Assembly: GCA_028700115.1 (NCBI GenBank)
Contig: JAQVTI010000011.1
Location: 3,232-35,231 of the forward strand
Length of the DNA: 32,000 nt
Direction of reading: 5' to 3'
DNA from: Candidatus Iainarchaeum sp.
GTDB taxonomy: Archaea; Iainarchaeota; Iainarchaeia; Iainarchaeales; CSSED10-239
The notes below the pieces were generated by a model. It did not search any database. It saw only the letters and a list, made by a program, of their open reading frames with translations, and was not told the origin of the DNA. This document shows positions 27,968 through 32,000 of the stretch, one piece after another. The position numbers and the translations under genes are program-made. Every line of letters starts with the position of its first letter. The stretch's first letter is position 1.

Positions 27968-29155
27968 TTATTTAGGAAGAATTAAATTTAATATAATTCC
28001 AATAATTGAAGCTAGACCTACACCTTCTAAACTAAAATTCCCAAAGTTAATTATAGCTCCACCAACTCCAATTGTAAGTATAACTCCTATAATTATCATA
28101 TTTCTTGTTTTATCTAAATTAATTTTATTATTTATTAAAGTTTTTATACCTACATTTGTAATCATACCATATAATAAAATCATTATCCCCCCTAAAATAG
28201 CATCTGGTATAGTTTGTAAAAAACCACTAATTTTACCAATAAAAGAAAAAATAATGGCTGTTATTGCAGAAATTCTTAAAATAGAAGGATCTTTTAATTT
28301 AGTCATAATAATAGCCCCAGTAACTTCAGAATAAGTTGTATTTGGAGGACCCCCTAAAAAACCTGCAAAAATAGTTGCAAGCCCATCTCCTAATAAAGTT
28401 TTTTTAAGTCCTGGTTTTTCTATAAAATTATTCCCAGTTGCATTTCCAATTGCATACATATCTCCTATATGTTCTATTATAGGAGCAATTGCAACTGGAA
28501 GCATTAAAATTATTGCCTTCCAATTAAATTGAGGAAATATAAATTTTGGGATTTCAATCCATTTAGAAGAAGTAATAATTGAAAAATCAATATTACCAAA
28601 AAATATAGCAATTATATAAGTTAATAAAATACCACTAATAATAGGTAATAATTTAATAGTTTTTTTACCAAAAATAGAAACACATATAGCAATAATTAAT
28701 GAAATACCTGCAAAAATCCAATTATTTGAAGCCATAGAAATTGCAGTTGTAGATAAAGATAATCCTATAACCATAATTACTGGCCCAATAACTGTTGGGG
28801 GAAATATTTTTTTAATAAAATTTATTCCTTTTTTTCTAATAATTATAGAAAATATTACAAACATTATACCTGCAGCAATAAGCCCTGATAAAGTTGCAGC
28901 ATATCCATAACTTGTAGTAGAAATTATAATAGGAGCTATAAAAACAAAAGAACTTCCTAAAAATACAGGAATTTTTCCTTTTGTTATTAAATGAAAAATT
29001 AAAGTTCCTAATCCTGCTGTAAATAAAGCAATTGAAGGATCAATTCCAATAAGTAAAGGAACTAAAACTGTTGCTCCAAATGCTACAAAAAGCATTTGTA
29101 TACCAATTAATCCTTTTTTAATACCTTTTATATTTTCTATATTTTTGTTACTCAT
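27968..29155 (-). CDS. Uracil/xanthine permease, NCS2 family (UraA-like)
   Basis: GIKKGLIGIQMLFVAFGATVLVPLLIGIDPSIALFTAGLGTLIFHL...VAIAPIIEHIGDMYAIG...DGLATIFAGFLGGPPNTTYSE. Confidence 0.9.
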   Translation of the reverse strand: MSNKNIENIKGIKKGLIGIQMLFVAFGATVLVPLLIGIDPSIALFTAGLGTLIFHLITKGKIPVFLGSSFVFIAPIIISTTSYGYAATLSGLIAAGIMFVIFSIIIRKKGINFIKKIFPPTVIGPVIMVIGLSLSTTAISMASNNWIFAGISLIIAICVSIFGKKTIKLLPIISGILLTYIIAIFFGNIDFSIITSSKWIEIPKFIFPQFNWKAIILMLPVAIAPIIEHIGDMYAIGNATGNNFIEKPGLKKTLLGDGLATIFAGFLGGPPNTTYSEVTGAIIMTKLKDPSILRISAITAIIFSFIGKISGFLQTIPDAILGGIMILLYGMITNVGIKTLINNKINLDKTRNMIIIGVILTIGVGGAIINFGNFSLEGVGLASIIGIILNLILPK

Positions 29156-29282
29156 ATTTTATCAAAAATTATAATTTATCTTAAAAATAATTATTTATAA
29201 TATTTTTATTATAAAAAAATAAATTTATTTAAAATATTATATAATCCATAGATTTAAAAAGTATTTTTATTTTAAAATATTT

Positions 29283-29867
29283 ATGTATTCTAAAAGAATT
29301 ATAATTGATATAGAAACTTGCCCTATAAATTTAGATGGCTATTTTGAAAAAGAAGAAGACGAAAAATTAAAATTATTAAATCCAATTGATTCAAAAATAG
29401 TTGCAATTGGACTTAGATTTCAAGAAAAAAATTATGTTTTTTCTGAAAAATTAGGTTCTGAATCAAAAATATTAGAATTATTTTGGCAAAAATTAAAAGA
29501 AATTAAAACCGAAAATAAAGCAATACCTATTATTGGATTTAACATTATTTCTTTTGATATATCTTTTTTAACTACAAGATCCTTATTAAATAATGTGAAA
29601 ATATATCCATTTAGTCTTTCAGAAATATTAGATTTAAGAGATAAAATACATGCATATAAATATGGGAAAACAAGAGGTAAGTTAAAAGAAATTGCATTAA
29701 TTCTTGGACAAGAAATCTTAGATGTTGACGGTTCAGATGTATCTTTTTTTTGTAAAAACAAGCAATTTGATTTATTAGAAAAATATTTGGAAAAAGATTT
29801 AGAAATTACAGATTTTTTATATAAAAAAATAGTTGATTTGGATATTATTAAAATAAAAAAATATTAA
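29283..29867 (+). CDS. Predicted 3'-5' exonuclease, DEDD/PolB-exonuclease-like
   Basis: IIIDIETCPI (ExoI), IPIIGFNIISFDISFL (ExoII), DVDGSDVSFF...YLEKDLEITDFLY (ExoIII, YxxxD). Confidence 0.75.
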   Translation: MYSKRIIIDIETCPINLDGYFEKEEDEKLKLLNPIDSKIVAIGLRFQEKNYVFSEKLGSESKILELFWQKLKEIKTENKAIPIIGFNIISFDISFLTTRSLLNNVKIYPFSLSEILDLRDKIHAYKYGKTRGKLKEIALILGQEILDVDGSDVSFFCKNKQFDLLEKYLEKDLEITDFLYKKIVDLDIIKIKKY

Positions 29868-30565
29868 TTAAAATAATTATTTTTTTTTAATTTATTTTTG
29901 GTAATATTTTTTGAAACTTTTAAATTATTTTTTAAACTATTTTTTTTAATAATTTTATTTTTTTTAATAATTTTATTTTTTTTAATAATTTTATTTTTTT
30001 TAAAAGATTTTTTAGAAGGAATAACTTTTATATTTTTATTTGTTTTAGATTTAATATCTATCCAAGCCACAATTCCTAAAATAATTAAAGAAGCTAAACC
30101 AAAAATTAAAAAAACAAATGGAATTAATATAAAAATTAATGTAATTGCATTAATTATTACAAAATGCCCTGAATATCCTCTTAAAGTATAAATATCCCAT
30201 AACCAAACTATTTTAAAAATAATAATTAGTATAAATAAATAAAATATATTAATTATTTTAAATATTATAATTTTAGAAAAAAGAAAATATATAATTAATC
30301 CAATTAATGGTAAAAAAATAATTAATCCCCATTTCCAATTTCTTTTTGCAAGAATAGGATATAAAAAAAAATTAATTATAGGAATCCATGCAATCCAATG
30401 TTTATTATATCCTAATTTTTTTGCAATAGTTTGCATTGCTATAGCTTTATATGAATATAAAATAGATATTATAATCAATATAAAATAATAAAATATCCCT
30501 AAAAATAAAGAAAATAAATTAGAATAATTTAAATCAGTAGTAACAATTTGTGAAATTAAAAACAT
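29864..30565 (-). CDS. Membrane protein with repetitive basic C-terminal tail
   Basis: Five or so TM segments, then FKKNKIIKKNKIIKKNKIIKKNSLKNN. Overlaps the end of the exonuclease gene by 4 bp. The Met at 30565 is a plausible start. Confidence 0.6.
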   Translation of the reverse strand: MFLISQIVTTDLNYSNLFSLFLGIFYYFILIIISILYSYKAIAMQTIAKKLGYNKHWIAWIPIINFFLYPILAKRNWKWGLIIFLPLIGLIIYFLFSKIIIFKIINIFYLFILIIIFKIVWLWDIYTLRGYSGHFVIINAITLIFILIPFVFLIFGLASLIILGIVAWIDIKSKTNKNIKVIPSKKSFKKNKIIKKNKIIKKNKIIKKNSLKNNLKVSKNITKNKLKKNNYFN

Positions 30566-30704
30566 ATTATAATTCACCTTATTTAAACATTTTAATTAAA
30601 TTCTAATTATTTATATAAAGATATATATACTTTAATATTTATATATATTTTGATTTATATCTATATTATGTTTTATATTATAAAATATATTTAAAGTGAA
30701 TTAA

Positions 30705-31643
30705 ATGATAGAATATTATGATTTAGAAAAAAAAGAAATAAAAAAAATTGAAACTCCAAAAAATAATATATGGATACATCTATATAAGCCTACAGATGAA
30801 GAAATCATAAATATTTCTAAAATTTTAAAAATAAAATCAGATGATTTAGAAGATTTTAAAGAAAATATAAAATCCTTAGAAGATACCGAAGAAATTCCTT
30901 TATTAGAAAAATGGGACTCAAGATATTTTATAATTACAAGAACTCCTCAAAAAGGAACTTATCATGCAGTAGATTATTATACTCATCCTTTGGGGATAAT
31001 TATTTATAAAGAATATATTATAACCATTACATATTATAAAAATGAAACTATACAATCTATAAAAACTAAAAAATGTGGGCATTCACATATTAATTTTATT
31101 TTAAAATTATTATTACTTTCAAGTAGAAAATACTTATATTATCTAAAAGAAATTGATCGAAAAATAAAAACTGTCGAACATAATCTTGAAAATAAACAAA
31201 CAAACAAATATATTTTAGAACTTTTAAATTTAGAAAAATCATTAGTATTTTTTAGTGCTGCTTTAAATAATAATCAAATTCTTTATGAAAGAATATATAA
31301 AGTTGAAAGATTTAATTTAAAAGAAGAACATACAGAAATTATAGAAGATATTATAGATGAAAATAGACAAGCAATTCAAATGACTCAAATATATACTACA
31401 ATAATAAAAGATACATTAGATGTTTATGGGTCTGTAATTTCAAATAATTTAAATACAGTTATGAAAATTTTAACATCAATTACAATAATTATTGCAATTC
31501 CTACATTAATTGCAAGTATATATGGTATGAATGTTATTTTACCATTTCAAGGATCTAATTTTGCTTTTGAAATTATAATGATTATGTGTTTATTTTTCAC
31601 ATTTTTAATATTAACAATTTTATGGAAAAAAAAATGGTTATAA
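30705..31643 (+). CDS. CorA-like Mg2+/divalent cation transporter
   Basis: C-terminal IASIYGMNVILPFQGSNFAFEIIMIMCLFFTFLILTILWKKKWL: YGMN motif plus two TM helices. Confidence 0.9.
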   Translation: MIEYYDLEKKEIKKIETPKNNIWIHLYKPTDEEIINISKILKIKSDDLEDFKENIKSLEDTEEIPLLEKWDSRYFIITRTPQKGTYHAVDYYTHPLGIIIYKEYIITITYYKNETIQSIKTKKCGHSHINFILKLLLLSSRKYLYYLKEIDRKIKTVEHNLENKQTNKYILELLNLEKSLVFFSAALNNNQILYERIYKVERFNLKEEHTEIIEDIIDENRQAIQMTQIYTTIIKDTLDVYGSVISNNLNTVMKILTSITIIIAIPTLIASIYGMNVILPFQGSNFAFEIIMIMCLFFTFLILTILWKKKWL

Positions 31644-31645
31644 AT

Positions 31646-32000
31646 ATGGTAAATTTATATAAAAAATATACACCTAAAAAAACATTAGATTTTTCAAAAA
31701 TTATTGTATCTACAAAAATAATAAAAGCACCATTAGATCCAATTAAAAAAAAAATAATTTTACCAAGTTTAATTTTAATTAAAAATGCAATTAAAAAAAA
31801 TGGTCTTAAAAAAGAAATTATTGGAAATATAGAAATAAATTATACTTATTTTTTTAATTTAAAAAATAAATTTAAAAAAAATTTATATATTTTAAGATTA
31901 GAAAATTTTAATAAAAATAATATTTCTAATTTAAAAAAAACAATTTATTTTTTAAAAAAATTACAAAAAGAATATAATTCTAATAAAATTTATTGCCATA
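31646..32000 (+). CDS. Hypothetical Lys/Asn-rich protein, partial at 3' end of window
   Basis: MVNLYKKYTPKKTLDFSKIIVSTKIIKAPLDPIKKKIILPSLILIKNAIKKNGLKK..., open to the window edge. Confidence 0.5.
   Translation, partial: MVNLYKKYTPKKTLDFSKIIVSTKIIKAPLDPIKKKIILPSLILIKNAIKKNGLKKEIIGNIEINYTYFFNLKNKFKKNLYILRLENFNKNNISNLKKTIYFLKKLQKEYNSNKIYCH

Noticed and set aside
29432-29761. 109-aa minus ORF
   Set aside because: Antisense to the PolB-like exonuclease, which has clear Exo motifs.
29898-30191. 97-aa + strand ORF (FFLIILFFLI repeats)
   Set aside because: Reverse-complement read of the KKNKII repeat tail; looks like TM repeats only because of poly-T composition.
1-32000. CRISPR array, tRNA or rRNA genes, transposase
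   Set aside because: No regularly spaced repeats, no GC-rich cloverleaf or T-loop pattern and no transposase motifs were seen by eye; tRNAscan-SE would be needed to be certain.

Overview
This is an AT-rich archaeal chromosomal window. The many [KR][AG]|Q class III signal peptides, GGTGA Shine-Dalgarno sites and archaeal-type endonuclease IV suggest a DPANN/Woesearchaeota-like organism; that placement is inference. Recognisable genes include class II lysS, a SPOUT RNA methylase, an ArsR regulator plus glutaredoxin, a DUF2207-type membrane protein, CPBP protease-like and GNAT proteins, an F420 gamma-glutamyl ligase-like protein, a uracil/xanthine permease, a PolB-like 3'-5' exonuclease and a CorA-like transporter. 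There is also a minus-strand type IV pilus-like/secretion cluster (about 17.5-24.4 kb) with several pilin-like proteins and a double T2SF/FlaJ-like membrane protein. The best candidate for something undescribed is at 4364-5776 (-). A 41-codon ORF missing from the supplied track (MMSTANIATNIESKKIEINKKNIKLNILKRADTVPCAHNQF) has a strong SD and lies 5 nt upstream of a radical SAM/SPASM enzyme. A 77-aa small protein that may be PqqD/RRE-like follows, which is the layout of a RiPP cassette. The SPASM enzyme is interrupted by an in-frame TGA exactly inside its CX2C-X5-CX2C motif. Reading through it restores the cysteines and ends 1 nt before the next ORF. Other notable items are a 10-residue tandem-repeat protein open to the left edge, an endonuclease IV-like gene broken by a frameshifting internal deletion, a degenerate protein-kinase-like protein, a 1663-aa membrane-anchored protein, and a perfect 16-bp tandem duplication upstream of the SPOUT gene.
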